Assembly (NCBI GenBank): GCA_004294385.1
Contig: REAP01000032.1
Coordinates: forward strand, 4,098 to 68,097
Direction: 5' to 3'
DNA length: 64,000 nt
From: Oscillatoriales cyanobacterium
GTDB lineage: Bacteria > Cyanobacteriota > Cyanobacteriia > Cyanobacteriales > Microcoleaceae
Shown here: piece after piece, positions 1 through 8,753 of the stretch
How the letters are laid out: every line of letters starts with the position of its first letter
Position numbering within the stretch: position 1 is the stretch's first letter
Notes under the pieces: generated by a model
Databases searched by the model: none
What the model saw: the letters and a program-made list of their open reading frames with translations, nothing else
What the model was told of the DNA's origin: nothing
Program-made: the position numbers and the translations under genes

Positions 1-807
1 GAATTGGGAGCCGTTAAAGATTGGGGCCGCGATAAAAGCCGCAGGCGCACCGTAAGAAGGGGTATAGGGCTTAAAATCTACTATTTTCACATAGTCTTTT
101 CCCTTCGCCTGTCGTGCGGCTTTTACTGCGGATGCTAGGTTACTCTCGTTGTAGGGGCCGTTGGTGAAGTTTGTCGTAAAATCTGTCTCTTTAAAAACCG
201 TGTAGACAACAGTTCCTTCGGGATCGATCAAAAACATATCGTAGTAACCATATTTTTCAACTATATTGCGAAAAATCGGGTGGTAGCGGGCGTGAATCCG
301 GCTGTAAGCGCTGGCGTCGCCTGGATTGTCAAGGAGAAGTTTTTTACCAACGGGGTTGGGGTTAGCAGCGATGTAGTGGTACTGCAAGTAACGAGCCGCG
401 GCTGTTTTTGGTGTATAGGATGCCAGAACCGGCGCACCTTCCTGAGTTTGCGTTAGTTTGGCTATGAATTGTGTCTGGTAGTAAGTATCAATTTTTGCCT
501 CAAAATCCGCTGGTATTGTTGATTGTTCAAGTTGGCGGTAGGCTGTCTTCAACTCCTGCATGGCATCGACAACTGTCAAATCTTCGCTTAGGGTTTCGCT
601 ATGGTTGTGAAGGGTTTCAAAATAATCTTGAATTTGATAAGTTTTGGCAGCCCGAAGGCTAGTTAATTGGTTGAAGACTTTTTCGGTTAGAATAGATTTA
701 CCGGTGCTAGAGCATATATAGGTACTCGCGAACATAGCGCAAAGGCTGACTACCAGCAACATGACTATGAGTTTTGTCTTTATACTTAATTTCTTAAGTA
801 ATTGCAT
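1..807 (-). CDS. N-terminal part of a membrane sensor with a large extracytoplasmic Cache-type domain (probably adenylate/guanylate cyclase or MscS-fused sensor family); runs off the window edge
   Basis: Manual translation from ATG at 807: MQLLKKLSIKTKLIVMLLVVSLCAMFAST...FNQLTSLRAAK...YYDMFLIDPEGTVVYTVFKETDF...PSYGAPAAFIAAPIF, open to base 1. Not in the ORF track because it is truncated. Confidence 0.65.
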   Translation of the reverse strand, partial: MQLLKKLSIKTKLIVMLLVVSLCAMFASTYICSSTGKSILTEKVFNQLTSLRAAKTYQIQDYFETLHNHSETLSEDLTVVDAMQELKTAYRQLEQSTIPADFEAKIDTYYQTQFIAKLTQTQEGAPVLASYTPKTAAARYLQYHYIAANPNPVGKKLLLDNPGDASAYSRIHARYHPIFRNIVEKYGYYDMFLIDPEGTVVYTVFKETDFTTNFTNGPYNESNLASAVKAARQAKGKDYVKIVDFKPYTPSYGAPAAFIAAPIFNGSQF

Positions 808-996
808 AGGAATTTTCCCGATCCTGTTTGCTTTCTTTTTGTGATTATACATCTCGGTAAATTCTACTTTAGTCACTTTGCTACAAGGAGTATTGTTGAT
901 AGTCTTGTACAGCTTATCCATTAATGCTTGAAGATTCAAGCCTCTTTCCAGCATCTCTATAAACTGCCTTAGCTGGATTTTAGCTTTGAAAACTGC

Positions 997-1800
997 TTAC
1001 ACAGGTATTTTAGGCTCATCGTCATTCAATAGCCCCTCACGCAGTTGATGGTACGACTGCTCTAGAGATGACAAATCAATATCTGCACTAGATGTTCCGT
1101 CGTACTCAAAAGGATTGTCAATGTCGTAGATGAGCAACAACAAATACATGAATGACGTAAATAGAAAAGCTGAAATAATCAAATTGGTATAAAACTCGTC
1201 AGTATGCGTTATTAACAAAGCAATGGTTGAGGCAATTATCAGAAGATGCAGCAATTCATAAGCGGATGCCAAAAAGTCGGTATCGCGAATCCTTTGAATT
1301 CGGGCAATCAGAAGACGAATCTTTGCCTGTTCACCTTGAAGGCGAGCCATCAAAGGAGCTTCGCAAAACTTTGATAATGGAACGAGTAATTGATTGAGGA
1401 TTGTAACGGCATTATCAACTCTGATGAATGGCTTATTCTGTTTCAAACAAAGTAGGACTGATTTGAGGATCTCAACTAACCCTTCTGTAAGTAGGGTTGG
1501 GTTATAGTCGGGCTGACGGGCTGCAATGAACAAATTCGTATCTTGAATCGTTTCAACCGCATTCGCAATCTGCGCGGGCATATCTTCACTGGTACGGTAA
1601 TCATTCAGCGTCCCGTTCAGCATAAACGCCAAGATGAACGTTACCGCCGCCAACAGAGAACCTATCTGACTATCGAACTTACCAATTTCCCACTGCATCT
1701 GATGAGCGATCCATTTTGCCAAGCAAAATAGCGCTGTTAGGGGAAGAACTTTGAGTAAGATTCCCCACTTTGACATATCAGTGAGAGTTCGGAAATTCAT
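997..1800 (-). CDS. Conserved membrane protein, bestrophin-like/DUF4239-like topology
   Basis: 267 aa; two N-terminal and two C-terminal hydrophobic helices; FILAFML..TL.DY and IYDIDNPF motifs resemble bestrophin-like channels. Confidence 0.45.
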   Translation of the reverse strand: MNFRTLTDMSKWGILLKVLPLTALFCLAKWIAHQMQWEIGKFDSQIGSLLAAVTFILAFMLNGTLNDYRTSEDMPAQIANAVETIQDTNLFIAARQPDYNPTLLTEGLVEILKSVLLCLKQNKPFIRVDNAVTILNQLLVPLSKFCEAPLMARLQGEQAKIRLLIARIQRIRDTDFLASAYELLHLLIIASTIALLITHTDEFYTNLIISAFLFTSFMYLLLLIYDIDNPFEYDGTSSADIDLSSLEQSYHQLREGLLNDDEPKIPV

Positions 1801-2016
1801 TACATTTATCCTTTACTAAAGATGTGTTTTTGGTGATGAAAGTACATATTCCGTCAGCAGAACGATCGGGAAAGTTAACAATGCCCCGAAGCCAGAACAC
1901 CACAAGAATATGGTTGTTGCTGAAAACTTGGCTCGCAGTTTTTCTACAGTCAGCAGATTGGCGGCAGAAAAGACAGCAGATACAGCACTTTTGGTGGTAT
2001 GTAGGTACTACTTCTT

Positions 2017-2153
2017 GTAGGGACACGGCACTGCCAAGGAGTGTCAACTTAAGGTACAACCGATAGTCCGCCGGGGGTTGAAACCCCCGTCTCAAAGCGA
2101 AAGTCCTCTCAAACAGCTTAAGTTGACACTCCTTGGCACTGCCGTGTCCCTAC
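2017..2153. repeat. Composite palindromic element: 37-bp inverted arms enclosing one AGTCCG-type REP unit
   Basis: 2017-2053 gtagggacacggcactgccaaggagtgtcaacttaag and 2117-2153 are reverse complements with 1 mismatch; the interior 2065-2113 matches the REP consensus seen at 34775. Confidence 0.85.
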
Positions 2154-2268
2154 GGGATATTGATAGTACCTCATAAGCCTGCAATCTGCTGTAGCATGGC
2201 AAACGAGTCACCTTTGAAGTTATCGCTCGCTACCTGCAAATCGCCGAGTCCAATTAAGATTGATCCGC

Positions 2269-2293
2269 TGTGACATTCAGCAGCCAGTTGGTG
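2269..2293 (+). repeat. 25-bp direct repeat, copy 1
   Basis: tgtgacattcagcagccagttggtg, identical to 6489-6513. Confidence 0.9.
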
Positions 2294-2330
2294 TCTGAGT
2301 AGCGTAGGCTGGCGGCATATTCGCCGATCA

Positions 2331-3950
2331 TCAATTAGACAAATACGACTGACGCAAATGCCAGACGATCTCACGCCGCATTTCGCTGAGAATCCGCTGT
2401 CCCCGTTCACAATGTTCTAGCTTGATGTCATCGACATAGAACCGCACCAGCGTGTCTCGCGTGTAATCTCCATTCAGGTCATTGATCCAGATTTTGGGGT
2501 CTTGCCATTCATTGCGTGAACTCTTGAAGTTTTCTCGCAACCATTCGCGAAAGCTTTCTACCAGATCGTCTAATCGCGTTTCTAACCCTTTGGGATTACT
2601 GATTGCCCAAAACAGCTTGTTGACTTTGATCTTCAACAAATCAATCTTCTGTTCCCACTCTTGCTTCAACGTTTGCTGGTCTTCTTGAAATAGGTCAGGG
2701 TCTTTCAACCAGTACTGATACCAACGGCGCATCAGCCCAATCAAACTACTCTCGGATACTGTTCCGGTAGCTTCACTGAGCCAGCGTCTGCGACGGTCAT
2801 GTCGATCGGGCTTTAATTCCAGTCCAATCTTTTGACAAAGTTCCAGATAGTGTGCTTGCACTGTTCGTCGCTCCTTTATATCTAATCCGCCCCTTTCTAA
2901 TTGGGAGATGAGCTCGGCTAGGTGCGCCAAACCCATTTCAATCTCAGCTAGTATAGTATTCACCTCAGACTCAGCTAACAAGCGTTGCCGTCCCGCCTCT
3001 CGCTTCTGTTGCGATTTTATTCCCGGTAAAGAATACCCATAAAACTGGTCAATTAATTCTAACTTCTTGTTAATTTCGCCCATGGTATCGGGGTGCGCCA
3101 GCACGACTTTTTCCATCATGGAGATGGCTAGAGCCGGGGCAACATCTGCTTTGATGGGGATGGAGATCGTGTAGTAGTAATGATTGGTCGGACGGCTGAG
3201 GTTAATAATGTTCTGCCCTTCAAACGTGGCATTGGGAATGTAAATTTGTGAGTGCGTGTCAATGAGATACAGTTCGGTTAATCGCAGCCCAATGTGTTTA
3301 ATCACGCCTCTTCTACCGTTGGCTAGCTCAATCACATCCCCAAAGCGAAACGGTGTATCGATGAGCAAGACCAACCCACTGAAGAAGTTTGCCAGAATAT
3401 CTTTTAGCGCAAACCCCAAGATAAAACTCAATCCTCCGATTGCAACTAACAAACCTTGGATGTCTACACCGAACGCCTGGAGAAACAGCAGTCCAGCCAC
3501 CAAGTAAACAATTAAAGGGAGAAGATTTTGTAGGATGGGAGCGAGAACATCATCCCACATTGCCTCGGAGCCTTCGGCATACTGCCTAAAGGCATAGGTC
3601 ACAACCTCGGCGATAAATTGAACCACCCAAAAGGCGACGACAAGGACAAGAAAAGCGGTCAATCCTCGTTGGAACCAAGTAATGTAAATTGTAGGAGTGG
3701 CAGATAGCGTCAGCAATGCCAGCTTCAAACCGATCGCGAACGCAATGAGTGTCAGCGGCGTTTCTGAGACGTTGAGTGCAACTAACGCCAGGTCGGAGGT
3801 GAATTGACGGAACACCCTCCGCAAAATACCAAACAGTAGGTAGAGAACAATAACGACAACACCAATAATGCCGAAGTTAAGCAAAAATGCACCCCATCCT
3901 GGAGGAGGAAAAATGGCTAACAGAAACGTAGAACTGCTGATCGTCGTCAT
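2331..3950 (-). CDS. Mechanosensitive ion channel family protein (MscS), large cyanobacterial form
   Basis: Several TM helices then LGFALKDILANFFSGLVLLIDTPFRFGDVI...HIGLRLTEL...IYIPN MscS core; long soluble C-terminal insert. Confidence 0.85.
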   Translation of the reverse strand: MTTISSSTFLLAIFPPPGWGAFLLNFGIIGVVVIVLYLLFGILRRVFRQFTSDLALVALNVSETPLTLIAFAIGLKLALLTLSATPTIYITWFQRGLTAFLVLVVAFWVVQFIAEVVTYAFRQYAEGSEAMWDDVLAPILQNLLPLIVYLVAGLLFLQAFGVDIQGLLVAIGGLSFILGFALKDILANFFSGLVLLIDTPFRFGDVIELANGRRGVIKHIGLRLTELYLIDTHSQIYIPNATFEGQNIINLSRPTNHYYYTISIPIKADVAPALAISMMEKVVLAHPDTMGEINKKLELIDQFYGYSLPGIKSQQKREAGRQRLLAESEVNTILAEIEMGLAHLAELISQLERGGLDIKERRTVQAHYLELCQKIGLELKPDRHDRRRRWLSEATGTVSESSLIGLMRRWYQYWLKDPDLFQEDQQTLKQEWEQKIDLLKIKVNKLFWAISNPKGLETRLDDLVESFREWLRENFKSSRNEWQDPKIWINDLNGDYTRDTLVRFYVDDIKLEHCERGQRILSEMRREIVWHLRQSYLSN

Positions 3951-4191
3951 TGGGAAACCGGCTCCATAGATCCGTAAAATATGTAAAAAATGATGCTTGA
4001 CATAGTTTTAGGTATGTGTTAATTAATGAAAGGGATGATCTTTCAAAAATAGAAATATAAAAAAACTAAAACAAGCATTTAGCTGCTGGATTTGCTAGAG
4101 AAAACTTCTCGATCGCCACGAAGCAGAGTTGCTTCACAGCCTATCATAAATTTTTCTGTTTGATATTTGTTTCACCTCTGATGAATGTCTG

Positions 4192-5136
4192 ATGAATGAA
4201 TCCAATAAAACGACGATGGCGATCGCCTCATTACTTGTCGGTGTAGTCGCCATATCTTTTGGCTCTATCTTCATTAGATGGAGTGAAGCTGAACTGAGCC
4301 CCAATGCTACAATATTTAATCGCTTTTGGCTAGGTAGTGTGGTCTTCGGGCTGTGGCAAGGATACAAGGCGATACGTCAGAGACTTTCTGGTGACAAACC
4401 CGTTCAACAGCACTCATACACCAGTCAGGAGATGAAGCTATTGCTGGGTGCTGGGACTTTTTTTGCTGCCACCTTATCCTTTGTAGCTTGGTCGCTGACT
4501 CAAACCAGCATCGCTATCTCGACAATCCTACATAATCTCGCCCCGATATTTACCAGCTTAGGAGCGTGGTTGTTATTTGGTCAAGGCTTTAACCGCCAAT
4601 TTCTGATTGGGATGGTCATCGCCATTGGGGGAGCGATCGCCATTGAAATCGAGCAGATCCAAATCGCCACTGGTGAAGTCACAGGAGGCATAGCAGCCAT
4701 CCTCTCTGCGGTTTTCTTGGGTGCATACCTGCTGGTGATAGAACAACTGAGAACCAAATTTGACCCGATCACAATTCAGTTGTGGGTTTGTGCGATCGCT
4801 ACTTTCTCCATCTTGCCCATACTTGTGTTCACTGGCGATCGGCTTTTTCCTTCTTCAGTGAATGGGTGGCTGTTCGTCATTTTTCTCGCCCTCGTCTGCC
4901 AAGTTTTAGGTCAGGGACTTTTAACATATAGCGTTGCTCGGTTCTCCTCAGTGGTTGTCTCCTTAGTACATTTGTTAGAGCCAGTATTTAGCAGCATTTT
5001 GGCTTGGGCAATATTTGGGGAAAAGTTAAGTTTCTCGAATGGGGTAGGTTTTGTCCTAGTTCTCATCGGTCTATACCTAGCCGTATCTAGCCAAGCTGCT
5101 GTCGATATCCAGCAAAATCGGCTAGAGAGCGGGTAG
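4192..5136 (+). CDS. DMT/EamA family transporter
   Basis: ~10 TM helices in two EamA halves; F.RFWLG, HNLAPIFT, LLEPVFSSILAWAIFGEKL motifs. Confidence 0.85.
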   Translation: MNESNKTTMAIASLLVGVVAISFGSIFIRWSEAELSPNATIFNRFWLGSVVFGLWQGYKAIRQRLSGDKPVQQHSYTSQEMKLLLGAGTFFAATLSFVAWSLTQTSIAISTILHNLAPIFTSLGAWLLFGQGFNRQFLIGMVIAIGGAIAIEIEQIQIATGEVTGGIAAILSAVFLGAYLLVIEQLRTKFDPITIQLWVCAIATFSILPILVFTGDRLFPSSVNGWLFVIFLALVCQVLGQGLLTYSVARFSSVVVSLVHLLEPVFSSILAWAIFGEKLSFSNGVGFVLVLIGLYLAVSSQAAVDIQQNRLESG

Positions 5137-5207
5137 TCACCATTACTGTTTGTTTCAAAGGCAAGCAACTGAACAAGACTTGGCTCAAAAAAAATTAGCA
5201 CAATTAG

Positions 5208-6197
5208 ATGTCAACACATTTGTTAAAAAGTATGACAGCCAAACTGGAATTAGCAGAGCAACCGTTGTCCAGAACACCAACTTGGATCGCAACTGCTTCA
5301 TTATTTGCCAGCCTAATCCCCCTATCTTTAGCACCAATCCTCGTCAAATTGTGCGAACGAGAAATAGGTTCAAATGCCGTAGCATTCCATCGTGGCTGGA
5401 TCGCTACCATCATCTTTGGGTTGTTGAGCGGACTTGAAGCTTTGGGCCGCCAAAAATCTGATAACCAACCCGTAGAACAGAAGCCTTTTACGAGACGAGA
5501 ATTGGGGCTATTGGTAGCATTGGGAACTTTCGGAGCGACCTACTTCCTCCTGTGGTCTTTGGCGCTGACTCAAACCAACGTTGCCAACGTTACGTTATTT
5601 TGTGGTTTGAACCCACTGTTTGTCGGTTTGGGGGGGTGGTTGTTATTAGGTCGGAGCTATAATAGCAGATTCATTATTGGCATGATCATGGCACTGGGGG
5701 GAGCGATCGCTATGGGATTGGATGACGTGCAGTTCGCCACTAACCAAGTACAAGGTAATGCCCTCGCCTTGCTATCGGGGATTTGTTTTGCTGCGTATCT
5801 GATACTGCTAGAACTGCTACGAGAACGATTTACCACGGCAACCTTATTGCTGTGGCGCTGCGCCTTCACGACTATGTTTGCGTTTCCCGTCCTCGCACTC
5901 GCCGAAGAAACATTGTTTCCCCATTCCTGGATGGGGTGGTTTTTCGTAATTTTGCAAGCCATCTTGTGCCAAGTGTTGGGTCAAGGACTTTTGGCTTACA
6001 GCCTCAGCCAACTGTCGTCAGGGTTCGTCGCCGTCACGCTGCTTTTCGAGCCAGTCCTTGCTTCAATCTTCGCTTGGGTAATTTTCTCTGAACGCTTGGG
6101 TTTCCTTGACTTGGTGGCGTTTGTCGTGATTTTATGCGGTATTTATGTAGCTCAATCGAGTCAATCTGCCGTTAAAGAAACCAGCGAGGTAGCGTAA
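5208..6197 (+). CDS. DMT/EamA family transporter, paralogue of the upstream gene
   Basis: Same architecture: AFHRGWI, GLNPLFV, LFEPVLASIFAWVIFSERL. Confidence 0.85.
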   Translation: MSTHLLKSMTAKLELAEQPLSRTPTWIATASLFASLIPLSLAPILVKLCEREIGSNAVAFHRGWIATIIFGLLSGLEALGRQKSDNQPVEQKPFTRRELGLLVALGTFGATYFLLWSLALTQTNVANVTLFCGLNPLFVGLGGWLLLGRSYNSRFIIGMIMALGGAIAMGLDDVQFATNQVQGNALALLSGICFAAYLILLELLRERFTTATLLLWRCAFTTMFAFPVLALAEETLFPHSWMGWFFVILQAILCQVLGQGLLAYSLSQLSSGFVAVTLLFEPVLASIFAWVIFSERLGFLDLVAFVVILCGIYVAQSSQSAVKETSEVA

Positions 6198-6488
6198 TTA
6201 ATGCCTGAGAGTAGGTGGCGCGATGCTCAAGCAAATGCCCTTGCCATAATGTCATCAGTCCGATCGCAACTGGTGTCCGCTCTATCTGTTGCTGTGATGG
6301 TTTCAGTTCAATTGTCATCTTCATTCCTGAAAGTTGAACAAAGAATTTCAATGGCGTTTCGAGTGTCTTGCCCATTGCTTCGATCTGCTGGCAGACTTTT
6401 TGCAACGATTTGAGAGCAATGCCTGAGCGATCGCGCTCTAAAGATGTCATGCCCAAGACCTCTTTGACTGCACGACGGATGAGTCGGA

Positions 6489-6513
6489 TGTGACATTCAG
6501 CAGCCAGTTGGTG
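6489..6513 (+). repeat. 25-bp direct repeat, copy 2
   Basis: Identical to 2269-2293. Confidence 0.9.
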
Positions 6514-6838
6514 CCCTACACAGATGAATATTGCCGGAGCACTGGTGGGCGATCGCGAAATCAGCAATTTTTCCACTAATCCAAACATATCCTCTCGCGG
6601 ACAGGCTGGACTTTTCCAAGTGGAGGCATCCTATGTCGATGGATCGCCTCCTTCGACTACTACGGCATAACCGCAGCTAATTGCCGAAACAACTATTGCC
6701 CCCATGCGTAAGTCGTAACTTCAATGAAACGATTCCAGGTCAATAGCTTTCCTCCCGTGCGATCGCATTTCAGTAATCCCCAGATTTTCTAATAAAGGGC
6801 TCGTCACCCTTTTAGTAGAAAATCAGACAAAAATCTCA

Positions 6839-8737
6839 TCAAACAACTGGCATCAATTTATTTATTTTGCCCCCACCTTCGGGAGACTTATACTTCGAGC
6901 CATCAGGCATAACAGCGCCTTCGAGCAAAGCACCACTCAGGTCAGAAATGCTAACTTGAGCACCTTTTAGATTTGCACCACTTAGGTAGGCACTATTCAG
7001 ATTAGCACCACTCAAACTAGCATTCGTCAAATTGACGCCGCTCATATTTGCGTTACTCAAGTCCGCACAAATTAAATTAGCGTCACTGAGGTTGGCATTA
7101 CTGAGATTAACCTGACTCAAGCGAGCAAAACCTAGCTTGGCATGGCTGAGATTAGCACCCGCAAGTTTAGCTTGACTGAGGTTAGCATTATCTAAATTGG
7201 CATAACTCAAATTAGCATTACTCAAGTCGCTTTCCATCAAATTGGCTTTACTGAGATTGGCATGAGGGAGATTAATATCTATTAACTCTGCACCAATAGC
7301 ATCTACACCTCTAAGAGAAACACCATCTTTATTCAAATCTTGGAGTGCCAGAATTCTAGCATAGCTAACTTTTACGCTGTGCGCTGCATCAACTGTACTC
7401 CAAGCTTGGTAGTGAAATTGCTTTTTGCGATCCGGAGCTTCCTTAATGAATAAAACTAAAGCAACAACGAGACTGATAGCATCAGCAGTCTCCAAAATCT
7501 CTGCAAGCAGAGAATTTTCCTCCGCGTTTACATAAATTATGATGAACAGAACGGCTGAAACAAAAGCAACTAACCAGGCGGGTTGTGTCCAAAAATTATC
7601 AATGAATTTTTCTAAAATTCCTTTGAGAAATTCACCCAATCGCTGAACCAATGATTGACCCTGAAATTGCTGATAACTATCAGTTATTATTGATACTAAA
7701 GGCTTTTTCTGTTGCTCAGTTGGCGGCTGAAGCGCTTGAGATTCATTCAGTAATTGTGTAGGTGATTCTTTTGGCTGATTGGGGGTGACATCTTTTTCAT
7801 CTGCGACAACCTTTGGTGTAGAAACTGCACCTGCGCCTTTTAACATCAAACCAGTAATTGCTCTGTAGGCATCTGTCCACGCCCGCTTTACTTCAGGAGT
7901 CCAATCTTGCTGGAGAGACTGCTCAAAAGCACTCAGCAGTGCTTCTCCAACTGGGCCGTAATATTTGGGAATTACCCCGTAGCCGATGTGTCTGCCTCCC
8001 AAGGCATTTAGAACAGGTTCTAAAGCTTCTGGAGAGCGGAGATTTTCTACTACCAATACCAAAGCATTAAGGAGCTTCTTCTGTTGAATTTTTATATCTA
8101 TATTGGCAAACAGCGGTTTAAATTCAGGATGAGCGATGAATAGATTTTCGTAGAAGCTAGCGGTAAATTCATCAGCACGAGGTTTGATTTTCTCGAAACT
8201 GCTTTCCAGTAACTCTACGGCTAATTTTGGCTCTTTTTCTGGAACTGATTCTAGTTGGTGATTAGCTGGTATAGTCACCTTTTTATCGGGAATTATCTCT
8301 GTTTCTAATTGAACTTTTTCAGGTGTAGAAACTGCACCTGCGCCTTTTAACATCAAAGCAGTAATAGCTCTGTAGGCATCTGTCCACGCCAGCTTTACTT
8401 CGGGAGTCCAATCTTGCTGGAGAGACTGCTCAAAAGCACTCAGCAGTGCTTCTCCAACTGGGCCGTAATATTTGGGAATTACTCCATAAACGATGTGTCT
8501 GCCTCCCAAGGCATTTAGAACCGGCCCTAAAGCTTCTGGAGAGCGGATATTTTCTACTACTAAAACTAGGGAATTTAACAGTTTTTTCTCTTGATTTCCC
8601 ATATCAGTATTGGCAAATAACGGTTTCACTTCTGGGTGAGCTTTAAAAAGATTCTCGTAGAAGCTGGCTGCAAATTCATTAGCGCGAGGTTTAACTTTAT
8701 CGAAACTTTGCTCTAAAAGTTCAACATTTAAAGACAT
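6839..8737 (-). CDS. Tandem double-globin protein with two TM helices and C-terminal pentapeptide repeats
   Basis: Two copies of a flavohaemoglobin-like globin (SFYENLF..HP..KPLF...Q.KKLL..LVLVVEN...LGGRH..YGV...YY.PVGEALL...W..AY), a hydrophobic hairpin (WLVAFVSAVLFIIIYV; ISLVVALVLFI), then many A(N/D)LS.A-type pentapeptides. Confidence 0.85.
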   Translation of the reverse strand: MSLNVELLEQSFDKVKPRANEFAASFYENLFKAHPEVKPLFANTDMGNQEKKLLNSLVLVVENIRSPEALGPVLNALGGRHIVYGVIPKYYGPVGEALLSAFEQSLQQDWTPEVKLAWTDAYRAITALMLKGAGAVSTPEKVQLETEIIPDKKVTIPANHQLESVPEKEPKLAVELLESSFEKIKPRADEFTASFYENLFIAHPEFKPLFANIDIKIQQKKLLNALVLVVENLRSPEALEPVLNALGGRHIGYGVIPKYYGPVGEALLSAFEQSLQQDWTPEVKRAWTDAYRAITGLMLKGAGAVSTPKVVADEKDVTPNQPKESPTQLLNESQALQPPTEQQKKPLVSIITDSYQQFQGQSLVQRLGEFLKGILEKFIDNFWTQPAWLVAFVSAVLFIIIYVNAEENSLLAEILETADAISLVVALVLFIKEAPDRKKQFHYQAWSTVDAAHSVKVSYARILALQDLNKDGVSLRGVDAIGAELIDINLPHANLSKANLMESDLSNANLSYANLDNANLSQAKLAGANLSHAKLGFARLSQVNLSNANLSDANLICADLSNANMSGVNLTNASLSGANLNSAYLSGANLKGAQVSISDLSGALLEGAVMPDGSKYKSPEGGGKINKLMPVV

Positions 8738-8753
8738 AATTTTTCTTTCCTGA

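Noticed and set aside
2171-2410. 79-aa and 138-aa (6172-6588) minus-strand ORFs sharing HQLAAECH
   Set aside because: The shared peptide comes only from the 25-bp DNA repeat; the flanks do not align and no family is recognisable. A decayed Hpt-like remnant at 6200-6450 cannot be excluded but is unsupported.
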